Part shown: in pieces, positions 1 through 10,946 of the stretch
Layout of the letters: the number at the start of each line of letters is the position of its first letter
Numbering within the stretch: the first letter of the stretch is position 1
DNA from: a virus
Length of the DNA: 64,000 nt
Virus record (IMG/VR): IMGVR_UViG_3300042398_000319
Location: 12,947 to 76,946 of that record
Strand: one strand, 5' to 3'
Notes under the pieces: generated by a model
What the model saw: the letters and a program-made list of their open reading frames with translations, nothing else
Database searches by the model: none
What the model was told of the DNA's origin: nothing
Made by a program: the position numbers and the translations under genes

Positions 1-1
1 T

Positions 2-3000
2 CAATCTACTTTATCAGTGGCTAGTGCTGCAGCTGTTCCATTCAGTGGTGTTACAGGTAAACCTACAACACTGTCTGGTTATGGCATTACTGATGCTTAT
101 AGTTCTAGTAATCCCTCTGGTTATATTTCTGGAATTACTTCTAGCAATGTAACAACAGCATTAGGATATACTCCTGAGAATGCTGCTAATAAAGGAAACG
201 CTAACGGTTATGCTAGTCTTGATGGTTCAGGTTTAGTACCTGCAAGTCAATTACCTAGTTATGTTGATGATGTCCTTGAATACACTAACTTAGCTTCATT
301 TCCTGGAACAGGAGCTACTGGAAAGATTTATGTAGCATTGGACACTAACAAAACTTATCGTTGGTCTGGAAGTGCTTATATTTATATTACTAGTGGTGCT
401 GTAGATTCAGTTGCTGGTAGGACAGGAGTTGTAACTTTAAACAGTTCAGATGTTGGCTTGGGTAGTGTAGAGAACAAGAGTTCTGCTACAATTAGAAATG
501 AGATAACTAGTTCTAATGTAACTAATGCTTTAGGTTTTACGCCTTATAATAGTACTAATCCAAGTGGGTATATTTCTGGAATTACTTCTAGTAATGTAAC
601 AACTGCTTTAGGGTTTACACCCTATAATGCTACTAACCCAAGTGGGTATATTACCAGCGCTGCTTTGAGTAGCTATCTACCGCTAAGTGGCGGAACTCTA
701 ACTGGTCAACTAATTATTGGCGCAACCGGGACAGCAAATTCTCCAACTCTACGCTTAAATACATCAAGCTCTGGTGCGTTTGTGCACTCTCAAGAAAACC
801 TTGCAGCAAACTTGACTACTGGTCAACATATTATTTCTGTTATCGGTAAAACTGGTAATACTAAAAATAGTGGATACATTGGCTATACGTGGGCTGGTGA
901 TGCGTCTAACAGTAACTTTGTAACTATCGGACACTGGGGTGCTGATGATTTACTCCGAGTTTACGGTGATGGAAATGTTACCGTTGGAAGCAATACCGTT
1001 CTTCATGCAGGTAATTACAATTCATATGCCCTACCATTAGGTGGTGGTACTGTTACTGGACAGACTTATATTAGTACAAGTGGATACCCTTTACAACTTA
1101 TTTCTACTCAGCGTTATGCTTTACAAGTACGTAATACAAATAACAATGTTAATTCTGGTTATGGATGGTGGCTGGCTCACGATGCAAACTCTAATTTTGC
1201 TCTCCATGCTGATGGAATTGGTGATATATTAACCGTTGGACGCAATGGATCTTTTACTGTTAATGGTAATACAGTTTTAAACGCTGGTAACTATACTAGT
1301 TATAGCCCATCCTTAACTGGTTCGGGTGCATCAGGTACTTGGGGTATTAATATTTCGGGTAATGCTAGCAATGCTAGTAGTGCTAATGGTGCTTATCAAT
1401 TAAGTACTGATACAACCTCAAAAGCTAGTGCACTCCAATATTGGCAAGCTTATGATCGTTCAGATATAAATCCAAACAATAATTGGCATTACGCATTACG
1501 TATGTCTCATGGTGATGCTGAAACTTATTATTCAGGAACTATTGCATTAGATTTTGGCTCAGATATTTTATCTTTTAGGCGCAAAACAAATGGTGTTAAT
1601 GCGTCTTGGAGAACTATTTTACATGATGGTAATTATAGCTCATATGCACTACCACTAAGTGGTGGTACTATGACAGGGCATATTGTGCATGTAAGGGGTA
1701 GCCATAACTACTTCGAACGTAGTTCTGGAGTGGCTGTAGGTGGAATGGGCTGGCATACAAATGATTCTTTTTATGTTGCAGGTCATCCTGGATATGGGCC
1801 TGGTGCAGGAAATGATGTTCGAGTCTATGGCTTTGGAAATAGTCTACACTTAGGTAACTCAACTTATGGTGATGTTTTAACTATTGCAAATGGTTATACT
1901 CAAGGAACAGGTTCTGTTCGTGCACCAATATTTTATGACAGTAATGATACAGCTTTTTATTTGGACCCTAATGGTACCTCTGTTTTAAATGTACTTTCTA
2001 ATGCTGCTCTTAGCGATTCAAAACTGTATTTACGCACTAGAGGTGACAACAACCATTACTTGTGGAATGCAGAGGATGATTGGGAAGAGCTAGTTGCATA
2101 TGCTGGTACTGGCTTTAGAGTTGGTAATAGCAATGGTACTACTGCTTCTCTGACTTGCTATGGCAATGCTAATGGTAATTATGTGCAAGCAGCAGGGTCA
2201 ATGCGTGCTCCGATCTTTTACGATAGTGAAAATACGGGTTATTATGTAGATCCAACTTCTTCATCAACATCCTTCTATATGAATGGGGGTATGGTAACAA
2301 CTGCTCCTGGTGGTGCTATATTGATGCGACACGCTGTTTCTGAGGTTGATGCTTGGTTGTTTATGGAAAACGCCACAAATTGGGGTTTATACTGGAAAAA
2401 TAATCCTTCTGGAAATCATGTATTAGGAGGATATACAACAGTTGGTGCTGAGTTATTCGGTATGTCTGCTGTTAACTCTAGTGGTAATGGAGTTGCAACT
2501 ACAAATTTTGTAGGTGCTACTTCAGCGGTTGCTCAATGGATGATGTCTAATTACACTGGTTATATATGGTCAGCTAGTACTATATTTGCAGCTGGTGATA
2601 TGAGGGCCCCAATTTTTTACGATAGCAACAACACTGCGTATTACGTAGACCCAAACAGTACCGGCACTTCAATGAATGCCGCAGGAAATGTGACTATTGG
2701 TAATGGTAGCGCAAACACGGGCTTATTTATTAACTATGGTGGTGGAGCTGGGGACTACGCTGTAGTTGGCCGCTGCTATCAAGCTGGCACCAATAACCAA
2801 ACCATCCATGTATTTTCAACTGCATGGCAAGGCGGTACGTTACAAAGTACATCTGCCGGCTCAATCAATTTGGACGGAGCTAACGGAACTACTATTGGCG
2901 CGTGGAACAACAATGATATGTGGATTGACAAAAGCGGCAATTCCCAATCTAGAACAAGCAGCCGAGCACCTATTTTTTACGATAGCAACAACACTGCCTA

Positions 3001-3979
3001 TTACTCAGATCCAAATGGCACTTCAATATTTAATAGTTTACTTGTAGGCACAACTACACGTTGGAACAATGAAATTTTCAACGTAATGCGTAGTACAGAT
3101 GGCACAGTTAATACTGTACCCGCAGTTGCAAGGCTAATGAATAGTGGCTCTGGTCGTATTACAAAGTTATTGTTCACAGATAATGCAATCATTGATGGTA
3201 TTATGTGTATGGTTCCTGTTAGTGCGTCAAATAGTTATTTCTCTCTTGGTTTCTCAGGTTATACAGAGCAAGGCTTTCAGGTTTATTCAGATGGCCGTAC
3301 TCAAAGTTCTGCCTCTTCAAGAGCACCAATTTTCTATGATAGCAACGACACTGCCTATTATGCAGACCCTGCTTCTAGTGGGAAATCAATGTTGTTTAAT
3401 GGCAATATTGAATGTACTGCCCGCAGTGAATCTTGGGCTGAGGGTATTCGTGTTAATTGTCCAGGTCCTGGTAATTGGGGTGGTTTACGGTTTACCAGAA
3501 GCGGAAGTACAAGTAATTGGGCTATTGGTTACACAGGTTTAAATAGTACCGATGATCTTACCTTTTACAGTGGTACATACAGTGCTATTAGACTTAACTT
3601 AGATCATTCAGGTAATTTAACAGCAAGCGGTAATATTACGGCTTATTCTGATGAACGACTTAAGACTGATTGGAAAGCTATTGAACCTAACTTTGTTGAA
3701 AAGCTTTCTAAAGTAAAATCAGGCACCTACACACGTATAGAAGATAACCAAAAACAAGCGGGTTCTTCTGCACAAGACTGGCAAAAATTATTACCAGAAG
3801 TTGTTAGTGAAGCAGAAGATGATCTTAAAACTTTATCTCTTGCATATGGTAACGCAGCTCTTGTTTCAGCAGTAGAACTAGCTAAAGAAGTAGTAGATCT
3901 AAAGTCTAAACTAAATCAACAACAATCAGAACTAGATGAGTTAAAATCACTAGTTAAATCCTTGTTAGCAAACCGCTAA
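2..3979 (+). CDS. Tail fibre / receptor-binding protein 1 with C-terminal peptidase S74 intramolecular chaperone (5' end probably outside the window)
   Basis: Frame is open from base 2. Gly/Ser/Thr/Asn-rich, with ITSSNVTTALGFTPYN repeats and five RAPIFYD..T.YY.DP motifs. Ends in YSDERLK...coiled coil, typical of S74 chaperones. Confidence 0.85.
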   Translation, partial: QSTLSVASAAAVPFSGVTGKPTTLSGYGITDAYSSSNPSGYISGITSSNVTTALGYTPENAANKGNANGYASLDGSGLVPASQLPSYVDDVLEYTNLASFPGTGATGKIYVALDTNKTYRWSGSAYIYITSGAVDSVAGRTGVVTLNSSDVGLGSVENKSSATIRNEITSSNVTNALGFTPYNSTNPSGYISGITSSNVTTALGFTPYNATNPSGYITSAALSSYLPLSGGTLTGQLIIGATGTANSPTLRLNTSSSGAFVHSQENLAANLTTGQHIISVIGKTGNTKNSGYIGYTWAGDASNSNFVTIGHWGADDLLRVYGDGNVTVGSNTVLHAGNYNSYALPLGGGTVTGQTYISTSGYPLQLISTQRYALQVRNTNNNVNSGYGWWLAHDANSNFALHADGIGDILTVGRNGSFTVNGNTVLNAGNYTSYSPSLTGSGASGTWGINISGNASNASSANGAYQLSTDTTSKASALQYWQAYDRSDINPNNNWHYALRMSHGDAETYYSGTIALDFGSDILSFRRKTNGVNASWRTILHDGNYSSYALPLSGGTMTGHIVHVRGSHNYFERSSGVAVGGMGWHTNDSFYVAGHPGYGPGAGNDVRVYGFGNSLHLGNSTYGDVLTIANGYTQGTGSVRAPIFYDSNDTAFYLDPNGTSVLNVLSNAALSDSKLYLRTRGDNNHYLWNAEDDWEELVAYAGTGFRVGNSNGTTASLTCYGNANGNYVQAAGSMRAPIFYDSENTGYYVDPTSSSTSFYMNGGMVTTAPGGAILMRHAVSEVDAWLFMENATNWGLYWKNNPSGNHVLGGYTTVGAELFGMSAVNSSGNGVATTNFVGATSAVAQWMMSNYTGYIWSASTIFAAGDMRAPIFYDSNNTAYYVDPNSTGTSMNAAGNVTIGNGSANTGLFINYGGGAGDYAVVGRCYQAGTNNQTIHVFSTAWQGGTLQSTSAGSINLDGANGTTIGAWNNNDMWIDKSGNSQSRTSSRAPIFYDSNNTAYYSDPNGTSIFNSLLVGTTTRWNNEIFNVMRSTDGTVNTVPAVARLMNSGSGRITKLLFTDNAIIDGIMCMVPVSASNSYFSLGFSGYTEQGFQVYSDGRTQSSASSRAPIFYDSNDTAYYADPASSGKSMLFNGNIECTARSESWAEGIRVNCPGPGNWGGLRFTRSGSTSNWAIGYTGLNSTDDLTFYSGTYSAIRLNLDHSGNLTASGNITAYSDERLKTDWKAIEPNFVEKLSKVKSGTYTRIEDNQKQAGSSAQDWQKLLPEVVSEAEDDLKTLSLAYGNAALVSAVELAKEVVDLKSKLNQQQSELDELKSLVKSLLANR

Positions 3980-4011
3980 CTTTTTACTATAGCCAATTTT
4001 AGGAGAAAATT

Positions 4012-4377
4012 ATGGCCGTTACATACACATGGAAAGTTACTTCCTTAAAGACAAAAACCGAAGGTGCTCATCAGAGCGCTGTTGTTCAAACTTACTGGAC
4101 CAAGACTGGTGTAGATGAGGATGGACACGAGGGTACTTTCTCGGGAGCAACCCCATTTACTTCAACAACCATGCCTGAAGGTTCAACCTTTATTCCATTT
4201 TCAGAATTGACTGAAGAGATCATTTTGAACTGGATTAAAGCAGTAGTTGTTGGCGGTTACGAAGAGCACGTAAATGCTCAAATTCAAAAGCAGATTGATG
4301 AGAAGCACAATCCAGTAACCGAGGCCCAGATGCCTTGGGCTCCTGCTCCAGAGACACCTGCTCCAACACCCGCATAA
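4012..4377 (+). CDS. Small tail-fibre-associated protein (putative assembly chaperone or tip protein), paralog of 9534-9881
   Basis: AGGAG RBS; directly follows fibre 1; shares FIPFSELTE/FVPLSSLTE and MPWAPAPE with 9534-9881. Confidence 0.7.
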   Translation: MAVTYTWKVTSLKTKTEGAHQSAVVQTYWTKTGVDEDGHEGTFSGATPFTSTTMPEGSTFIPFSELTEEIILNWIKAVVVGGYEEHVNAQIQKQIDEKHNPVTEAQMPWAPAPETPAPTPA

Positions 4378-4407
4378 GGTTAACAACAAAACCAAAAGAG
4401 GTACTTA

Positions 4408-7400
4408 ATGAGTATACCACGTAATTTATCTAAATTAGCAGAGGGCACAGATTCTAGTGGTATACTAGGCATTGCTTATGGCGGTACTGGCGGAAGCTCC
4501 CAAGCTGATGCTAAGGCCGCTCTAGGCTTACATGCTGTAGCTACAAGCGGATCTTACTCAGATCTTCTAAATAAGCCCACAACTGCTAACATTATAGAAA
4601 ATACAAACTTGTACTTTACGGATGCTCGGGCTCGGGCATCTGTAAGTGCTTCTGGAAGCCTCAGTTACAATTCAGCAACTGGTGTTTTCAGCTATACAAC
4701 TCCTTCGACATCAGGAATTAGTGAGGGTACTAACCTTTACTATACAGATGCTCGTGCTAGAGGTGCTTTAAGTGCCAGTACTGGGATTAGCTATAATTCT
4801 ACTACTGGTGCTATTAGCACTACTATTACACAATATACGGATACTTTAGCTAGAGGTGCGGTTAGTGCCTCTGGTGACCTAAGCTATAACTCTACAACAG
4901 GTGTGTTTAGTTATACAACCCCCAGTACTTCAGGTATTGTAGAGGGAACAAATCTTTATTTTACAGATGCTCGTGCTAGAGCATCTATTAGCGTTACTGG
5001 TGCTGGTTCATACAATTCAACTACAGGTGTTATTAACATTGTTGGTGGTGTAACTAGCTTTAACACTCGCACTGGTGCTATTACTCTGAGTTCAGCAGAT
5101 GTCACTGGTGCATTAGGGTTTACGCCTTATAATGCTACTAATCCAAGTGGATATCTGACTGGCATTACATCAAGTCAAGTTACGACTGCTCTTGGATTTA
5201 CACCTTATAATGCTACTAATCCTAATGGATATATTACAGGCATTACTAGTTCAAATGTAACTACTGCTCTTGGATTTACCCCATATAATGCTACTAACCC
5301 TAGTGGGTATATTTCAGGTATTACATCTGGAATGGTTACTACAGCCTTGGGTTATACACCTTATAACTCTAGTAATCCAAGTGGATATATTACTAGTGCT
5401 GCTTTAGGATCTTACTTGCCACTCTCTGGTGGAACTTTAACTGGGGACTTACGTCTTTCTACAATACGGGATACTTCTGGTATTTGGATACTAGGTAAGT
5501 ATGGATCAGAGATTAGTCTTGGGTCAGCAGGTGCTGTTAATGATATTCGCTTTAATAGTTCATCTGCTGCTGCATTTGAATATCGAGGTAATTCTATTCT
5601 TCATGCGGGTAATTATACTAGTTACACGGATAGTCGCTGGGGTGGGTTTACGGTTAATCAATTTAACGACCGAAATATTCGATATTATGGCAACTCCACT
5701 GCAGATCTTGGTTTTGCAGGTCTTAATAGCAGCGGATCGTTTCGCTGGCAGTTATATGGTAATGGCACAGACTACGGATTTTTAAGTAGTGTTTGGGGTT
5801 CTTGGGATTTACGTAAGACCATTAATGGCAATTTTCACATTAATGAAAACGTTGCACTCCACGCAGGTAACTACACAAGTTACGCTCCGACTTTAACTGG
5901 CGGGGGTGCATCCGGTACTTGGAGCATTAATGCCACTGGAACGGCTGGGTCAATTTCTGGATACAACAACCCTACTACTGCTGCTACTGCAAACACTATT
6001 GTTTACCGAGATGGAAATGCGCACATCACGGGAAATTACATTCTTGGATCATATTTTAATGCGTCTGCTGGCAATTCAGAAAACCCCACTATTGGTCAAG
6101 TTTGGACGCAAAGCACTGGTGATAATTATCTTCGCAAATCAACACCGGGGCACTTTATTAGTCAGCTTGGTTTAGTTACTACTAGCAATTACAGCTCTTA
6201 TGCTTTGCCACTTAGTGGAGGTACGCTTACTGGTGATGTTAACACAACAGCCAACCTTTCAATTGGTGGCAGATCTATTCGGCCATTTGAGAACAACTCG
6301 TTTATTGAGTTTTATGTAGGAGGTGATGCCAATACATATTATCCAGTACGGTTTGACGTTTATGCATTTTACCACTTTGGTCGCTGGTCAATTTCTCGTA
6401 ATTATGGCGAACCTGCCCCATGGGACCCAATTGGAACAGGAGCTCACAAAGGGGGTTTAACCCTTACGTGGGAATGGTCTGGTGATGGAGCTTGGGGTGG
6501 TAATGACAAAACAATGCGGGTTGTTCAATTTGCTGAATCCTATACGACAATGGTTGGAGGTATGGCGTTGTCGGTCAACGGAATTATTGTATGGCTGCGT
6601 GGTGGTAATGCATATTATAGATTCCATGGTCCAGGAGGCATTTTAAATGGTGCCACCCCTTACTACAGCACATATACAGCTAGTAATGGTTCTACGTTTT
6701 CGCCTCGTTCATATAACGCTAGCACAGTAACTTCAGAGGTCACAAACAGAATGCCTGTTCGTGGTGAGTCTGAGCATTGGGATGGTGGCAATCGTGTTTT
6801 ACATGCTGGCAACTATAGCTCCTATGCGTTACCTTTAAGTGGTGGTACCGTAACAGGCCATTTAATAACAAATCATCAGGGTAACGGTTCTCCAAGCATT
6901 ACTGTTAATAATGGTGGATCAGAAAATTGGCGAGCAATTAAAGTTACGGCTGCTGCTGGTGAAGATAATTTTGGAATTGGCTATAGCAATACAAGTCATT
7001 CCGTTTTTAGTAGAAATAATTTGTCATTCCACTGCGGGACTGGCGATTCGGTTCGCTTCCACTCAAATGGTTGGGACACCTTGTTTGAAGTTGCTGGGGC
7101 AACAGGAAATGCATGGTTAAAAGGTGGTCTTGGTATAGGTATTATTCCTGACGTGCGGCTATCTGTTAATGGTGATAGTCATTTTTCAGGAGTAGTGCAT
7201 TTAGGTGGAACTGCAGGGTCTTATAATAGTTGGGGTTCCCGTGACTACACTACTAGTGGTAACCGTTATTTCAATGCTAACTCATATAATTTTGATAATT
7301 ATGGTTATGGTAGCAACTGGTCATTTACATTAAGCGGTGGAAACGGTCAAGCATCTTCTTCATTACGTGCACCAATCTTCTACGACAGCAACAACACAGG

Positions 7401-9531
7401 TTATTACTTAGACCCAAATGGCAACAGTGCATTAACTACTGCAATATTTTATGTAAATGGGTCTTCTGATATAACGCTTACGTCAGCTGGCACAAACGCT
7501 TCTATGATAAAAGCGGGATCTGGCGATGAGTTGTATGTTGGCGGTAATAATACTTGGCAAATGCGGTTTAGTGGCGCTAATGTTTTAATGGATAACGGTG
7601 GTTATTTGTTAAATGGTGAATCTATTAGATCGCCAATCTTCTACGACAGCAACGACACAAGCTATTATTTAGATCCAACTAGCGGCACTACATCATTAAA
7701 AGTTGGTGGCGCTTTATCTCAAGGTTCTTTAGTTTCTAGACCTTACGCTGTTTGGGGCGCAAGTGGCGATTCAACTGGTGCAGTAGTTATTAAACTTCCC
7801 GGTGGCACTGGAAATTACGGCATGATTCATGCGGTAATTGATATTTACGAATACAACGGAAACAATGTTTCAACAATAATTATTGGCGGTCATAACTGGG
7901 CGGGTGCATGGTACAACATTGGTGCTAATGTAACGGGCTACACAAATAAGCCTGTTCGTTTATGTACTGTTGGTGGGCAATACGCAATTGTTATTGGAAG
8001 CGATAGTTCTGTTTGGTCATATGGACAAGTTGTTCTAAGAAAAATTCAGAACGGTGCGTATTACGCAGGCATTATGGATTTGGGTGGTTCATATAGTATT
8101 TATCAAACAACATCTGTTGGCGCTTCTTGGGATTCTGGCGACATAAATAATTTTAGGTCGACTACAATTACAAGTATTGGTTCTACACGTGCTCCAATTT
8201 TTTATGATTACAACGACACCAACTACTATATAGATCCAAATTCAAGTTCTTTGGTTTATGATTTAAGAGCTGCAAACAGGTTATATGTTGGTAATGGTTC
8301 TCAATTGACAATAAACTATGATCAAATCTGGAGAGCAGATGGTGGTCAATTGCATTTGCAATACAGTTCAGCTGGTAATATTAATATGTGTAACGGAGGT
8401 GGTTATGCCTACTCTGTAACTTCATTACGTGCACCTATCTTTTACGATACTGATAATACAGGGTATTACTCTGATCCTGCAAATACTTCTTATATGAATT
8501 ATTTGATTTTATCTGGTAATTATTATTTCAGACCGAACAATTGGATTCAGATGGATAGTGCTGCTGGTATCTACTGGCCAAATCATTATGGTGCACACCT
8601 TGAGGCTAACACAGGTAGTACTCACACTCAAATTAAGCTTCGTGGTAGCAAAAATAGCTATGGCGGTATTTGGGATGAATACAGTGGTGTTAATATTTCA
8701 ATGTTTGATAGTGCTGGTAATGGAGGTGTTTATCGTGAAGGTAATGGTAGGTGGCAAACATACTATCATATGGGTAATGATTGTATGGGTATCGGTACTT
8801 CAGGTACTAGTTCTACTTATAGTCTTTACCTAAACAAAGGCGTATATGCACAGTCTCGTATTGATGCAACAATTTTCTATGATACCAATAACACAGGTTA
8901 CTATTGTGATCCAAACGATACTAGTAGTTTCTATCGTTTGAACATCAACAATAACGTCTACTTTACAAACTATGGTAGAGGTATGGTTGGAGAGTATGCA
9001 TCAACCAGATACCAAGCAGTGTTTGCTATGGGTGACTCTTATAAAATGTCGGATGACGGTACTAGCTTATCTAACATGTACGGTATTGCTTGGTCACACC
9101 CTAACACTGGTGGTGCTGCAGGTAATTTAACTGATCATGGTATGTTAATTATTAACAATGGTAGTTTCCGTTGTGCTATTTCAAACTCTATTGTTGCTTC
9201 TGCTAACATTACAGCTTACTCAGATGAACGACTTAAGACTAATTGGCGTGATATGCCAGAGAATTATGTTGATCGTTTAGCTAAAGTTAAAGTTGGTATT
9301 TACGACCGTATTGATGAAGAAGACGTAACTCAGGTTGGTGTTTCAGCACAGTCATTCCAAGAATTGCTTCCACAAGCAATTATGACGGCTAGTGATGAAA
9401 TGAAAACTCTTTCGGTTAACTATGGTGGTGCTGCTTTGGCTTCCTCTGTAGAATTAGCTAAAGAAGTTGTGGACTTAAAAGCAAGAGTGGCTCAATTAGA
9501 GACACTTATTGAAAAATTAATTAAGGAATAA
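4408..9531 (+). CDS. Tail fibre / receptor-binding protein 2 with C-terminal S74 chaperone
   Basis: EGTNLYFTDARAR repeats, TALGFTPYNATNP repeats, five (R)xxIFYD motifs, C-terminal YSDERLK. Confidence 0.85.
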   Translation: MSIPRNLSKLAEGTDSSGILGIAYGGTGGSSQADAKAALGLHAVATSGSYSDLLNKPTTANIIENTNLYFTDARARASVSASGSLSYNSATGVFSYTTPSTSGISEGTNLYYTDARARGALSASTGISYNSTTGAISTTITQYTDTLARGAVSASGDLSYNSTTGVFSYTTPSTSGIVEGTNLYFTDARARASISVTGAGSYNSTTGVINIVGGVTSFNTRTGAITLSSADVTGALGFTPYNATNPSGYLTGITSSQVTTALGFTPYNATNPNGYITGITSSNVTTALGFTPYNATNPSGYISGITSGMVTTALGYTPYNSSNPSGYITSAALGSYLPLSGGTLTGDLRLSTIRDTSGIWILGKYGSEISLGSAGAVNDIRFNSSSAAAFEYRGNSILHAGNYTSYTDSRWGGFTVNQFNDRNIRYYGNSTADLGFAGLNSSGSFRWQLYGNGTDYGFLSSVWGSWDLRKTINGNFHINENVALHAGNYTSYAPTLTGGGASGTWSINATGTAGSISGYNNPTTAATANTIVYRDGNAHITGNYILGSYFNASAGNSENPTIGQVWTQSTGDNYLRKSTPGHFISQLGLVTTSNYSSYALPLSGGTLTGDVNTTANLSIGGRSIRPFENNSFIEFYVGGDANTYYPVRFDVYAFYHFGRWSISRNYGEPAPWDPIGTGAHKGGLTLTWEWSGDGAWGGNDKTMRVVQFAESYTTMVGGMALSVNGIIVWLRGGNAYYRFHGPGGILNGATPYYSTYTASNGSTFSPRSYNASTVTSEVTNRMPVRGESEHWDGGNRVLHAGNYSSYALPLSGGTVTGHLITNHQGNGSPSITVNNGGSENWRAIKVTAAAGEDNFGIGYSNTSHSVFSRNNLSFHCGTGDSVRFHSNGWDTLFEVAGATGNAWLKGGLGIGIIPDVRLSVNGDSHFSGVVHLGGTAGSYNSWGSRDYTTSGNRYFNANSYNFDNYGYGSNWSFTLSGGNGQASSSLRAPIFYDSNNTGYYLDPNGNSALTTAIFYVNGSSDITLTSAGTNASMIKAGSGDELYVGGNNTWQMRFSGANVLMDNGGYLLNGESIRSPIFYDSNDTSYYLDPTSGTTSLKVGGALSQGSLVSRPYAVWGASGDSTGAVVIKLPGGTGNYGMIHAVIDIYEYNGNNVSTIIIGGHNWAGAWYNIGANVTGYTNKPVRLCTVGGQYAIVIGSDSSVWSYGQVVLRKIQNGAYYAGIMDLGGSYSIYQTTSVGASWDSGDINNFRSTTITSIGSTRAPIFYDYNDTNYYIDPNSSSLVYDLRAANRLYVGNGSQLTINYDQIWRADGGQLHLQYSSAGNINMCNGGGYAYSVTSLRAPIFYDTDNTGYYSDPANTSYMNYLILSGNYYFRPNNWIQMDSAAGIYWPNHYGAHLEANTGSTHTQIKLRGSKNSYGGIWDEYSGVNISMFDSAGNGGVYREGNGRWQTYYHMGNDCMGIGTSGTSSTYSLYLNKGVYAQSRIDATIFYDTNNTGYYCDPNDTSSFYRLNINNNVYFTNYGRGMVGEYASTRYQAVFAMGDSYKMSDDGTSLSNMYGIAWSHPNTGGAAGNLTDHGMLIINNGSFRCAISNSIVASANITAYSDERLKTNWRDMPENYVDRLAKVKVGIYDRIDEEDVTQVGVSAQSFQELLPQAIMTASDEMKTLSVNYGGAALASSVELAKEVVDLKARVAQLETLIEKLIKE

Positions 9532-9533
9532 TT

Positions 9534-9881
9534 ATGGCAATTGCATTTACAATTAAAATTAACGGTATCCGTACCGCTACAGTAAACGGATTAGAAAACA
9601 CAGTAAAACAAGTTGAATGGACTTTAACTGGTGAAGATGCTGGTCAGAAGTTTGAATTACCACATACAACAAATCTTGGTGATCCTGACTCTTCCAACTT
9701 TGTACCATTGAGTAGTTTGACAGAAGCTGCTGTTATGGCTTGGGTTGAAGCTACAGATGAACGCATTCCTAATATCAAAGCACATATCCAATATGTGTTA
9801 GAAAAGGAAATTGCTAGAGCATCTCTAACCTCTACACCAATGCCTTGGGCACCAGCACCTGAAGTACCAGCTGAGGCATAA
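9534..9881 (+). CDS. Small tail-fibre-associated protein, paralog of 4012-4377
   Basis: Follows fibre 2; same motifs as 4012-4377. Confidence 0.7.
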   Translation: MAIAFTIKINGIRTATVNGLENTVKQVEWTLTGEDAGQKFELPHTTNLGDPDSSNFVPLSSLTEAAVMAWVEATDERIPNIKAHIQYVLEKEIARASLTSTPMPWAPAPEVPAEA

Positions 9882-9889
9882 GCTTAATC

Positions 9890-10513
9890 ATGGCTGGATA
9901 CCTTCAAGGCAGTGGATCAATATCCCTGTCTCAAATTAACTCCGTCTTTGATGGCCGTGGGCTTAACATAGGGGCTTATAGAGGTACTGCTTGGTATACA
10001 GCCGGTGGTGGCTCTGGCACATTTCCAACTTCGGGATCACTTGCTTTTGATTATTTTTATGGTAAAGGCCCAAATCCTGCATTTACAGTAGCTTATTCAA
10101 GTGGCTTTGGTAATGGTTACTTTATTGATGATGTGTTCTACTCCTTCGGAGAACCAGCTGGCGCAGGTATTCGGTGGAATACCAATGGAACTATGGATCA
10201 ATACGGGTATGATTTTGGATATCAACCTCTTGGGGAAACTTGGGGGAATCCAACTACTTCTGGGATAGGCTCAAACTACTGGATTCGGTTTACCCGAACA
10301 GCAACAGACGGTTTTGGTGCAGCTGCTGCTTCTACTGCTTCTACTGGTTGGGTTCAATTAGATTCCCCAGGTAGAGAAATCACTATTTACCAAGCCTCAG
10401 CTACCCAAATTAGTGCTACATATACTGTAGAAATATCTTCAAGCTCTTCAGGCTCACCTGTATTAACTACACGAACTGGTATTACTATTGGACTATCTAA
10501 TGGTTACCTCTAA
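9890..10513 (+). CDS. Putative virion / tail-tip protein
   Basis: Gly/Ser/Thr-rich with an N-terminal SGSISLSQI motif; located in the tail-fibre operon. Confidence 0.5.
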   Translation: MAGYLQGSGSISLSQINSVFDGRGLNIGAYRGTAWYTAGGGSGTFPTSGSLAFDYFYGKGPNPAFTVAYSSGFGNGYFIDDVFYSFGEPAGAGIRWNTNGTMDQYGYDFGYQPLGETWGNPTTSGIGSNYWIRFTRTATDGFGAAAASTASTGWVQLDSPGREITIYQASATQISATYTVEISSSSSGSPVLTTRTGITIGLSNGYL

Positions 10514-10587
10514 TTAAAAGATAATTAAACAAATATAACAGGAAGTCACTACCTGACATTTAGTGACAATTTAAAAAGGAAATTAAA

Positions 10588-10821
10588 ATGGGAAAAAATG
10601 AAAAGACCCCTGTAAATATCGATGGCGTAGAATACAAGTATGAGGACATGAGTCAGCAACAACAAATGTTGTTAAACCATGTTGCAGACTTAGATCGCAA
10701 AATTGACTCCTCTAAATTTAACTTGGATCAACTCCAAGTAGGTCGTAACACGTTCTTTGATATGCTTAAGAAGGCTTTGTCAGAAGAGCAACCAGCAGAG
10801 ACTCAACCAGTACCTGCTTAA
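10588..10821 (+). CDS. Small coiled-coil phage protein
   Basis: AAGGA RBS; last gene before a terminator. Confidence 0.6.
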   Translation: MGKNEKTPVNIDGVEYKYEDMSQQQQMLLNHVADLDRKIDSSKFNLDQLQVGRNTFFDMLKKALSEEQPAETQPVPA

Positions 10822-10828
10822 AGTTAAT

Positions 10829-10858
10829 GGTCACCCTGTAAAAAGGGTGGCCTTTTTT
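10829..10858 (+). terminator. Intrinsic terminator ending the late/tail operon
   Basis: GGTCACCCT-gtaaaa-AGGGTGGCC followed by TTTTTT. Confidence 0.85.
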
Positions 10859-10863
10859 ATCAA

Positions 10864-10905
10864 AAAAAGTGAGAAAAATGACGTATCTATAATGAAGAAA
10901 TATCA
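10864..10905 (+). promoter_or_regulatory. 42-bp direct repeat copy 1; putative early (class A) promoter
   Basis: AAAAAGTGAGAAAAATGACGTATCTATAATGAAGAAATATCA, identical to 11070-11111. Lies right after a terminator and upstream of an ORF. Confidence 0.65.
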
Positions 10906-10946
10906 TAATGATAGAGTACTCAATTTAATAACTTTGAAAGATATTC

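Noticed and set aside
1-9531. Diversity-generating retroelement or invertase shufflon acting on the fibres
   Set aside because: No reverse transcriptase, no template/variable repeat pair with A-specific differences, and no recombinase or inverted cassettes in the window.
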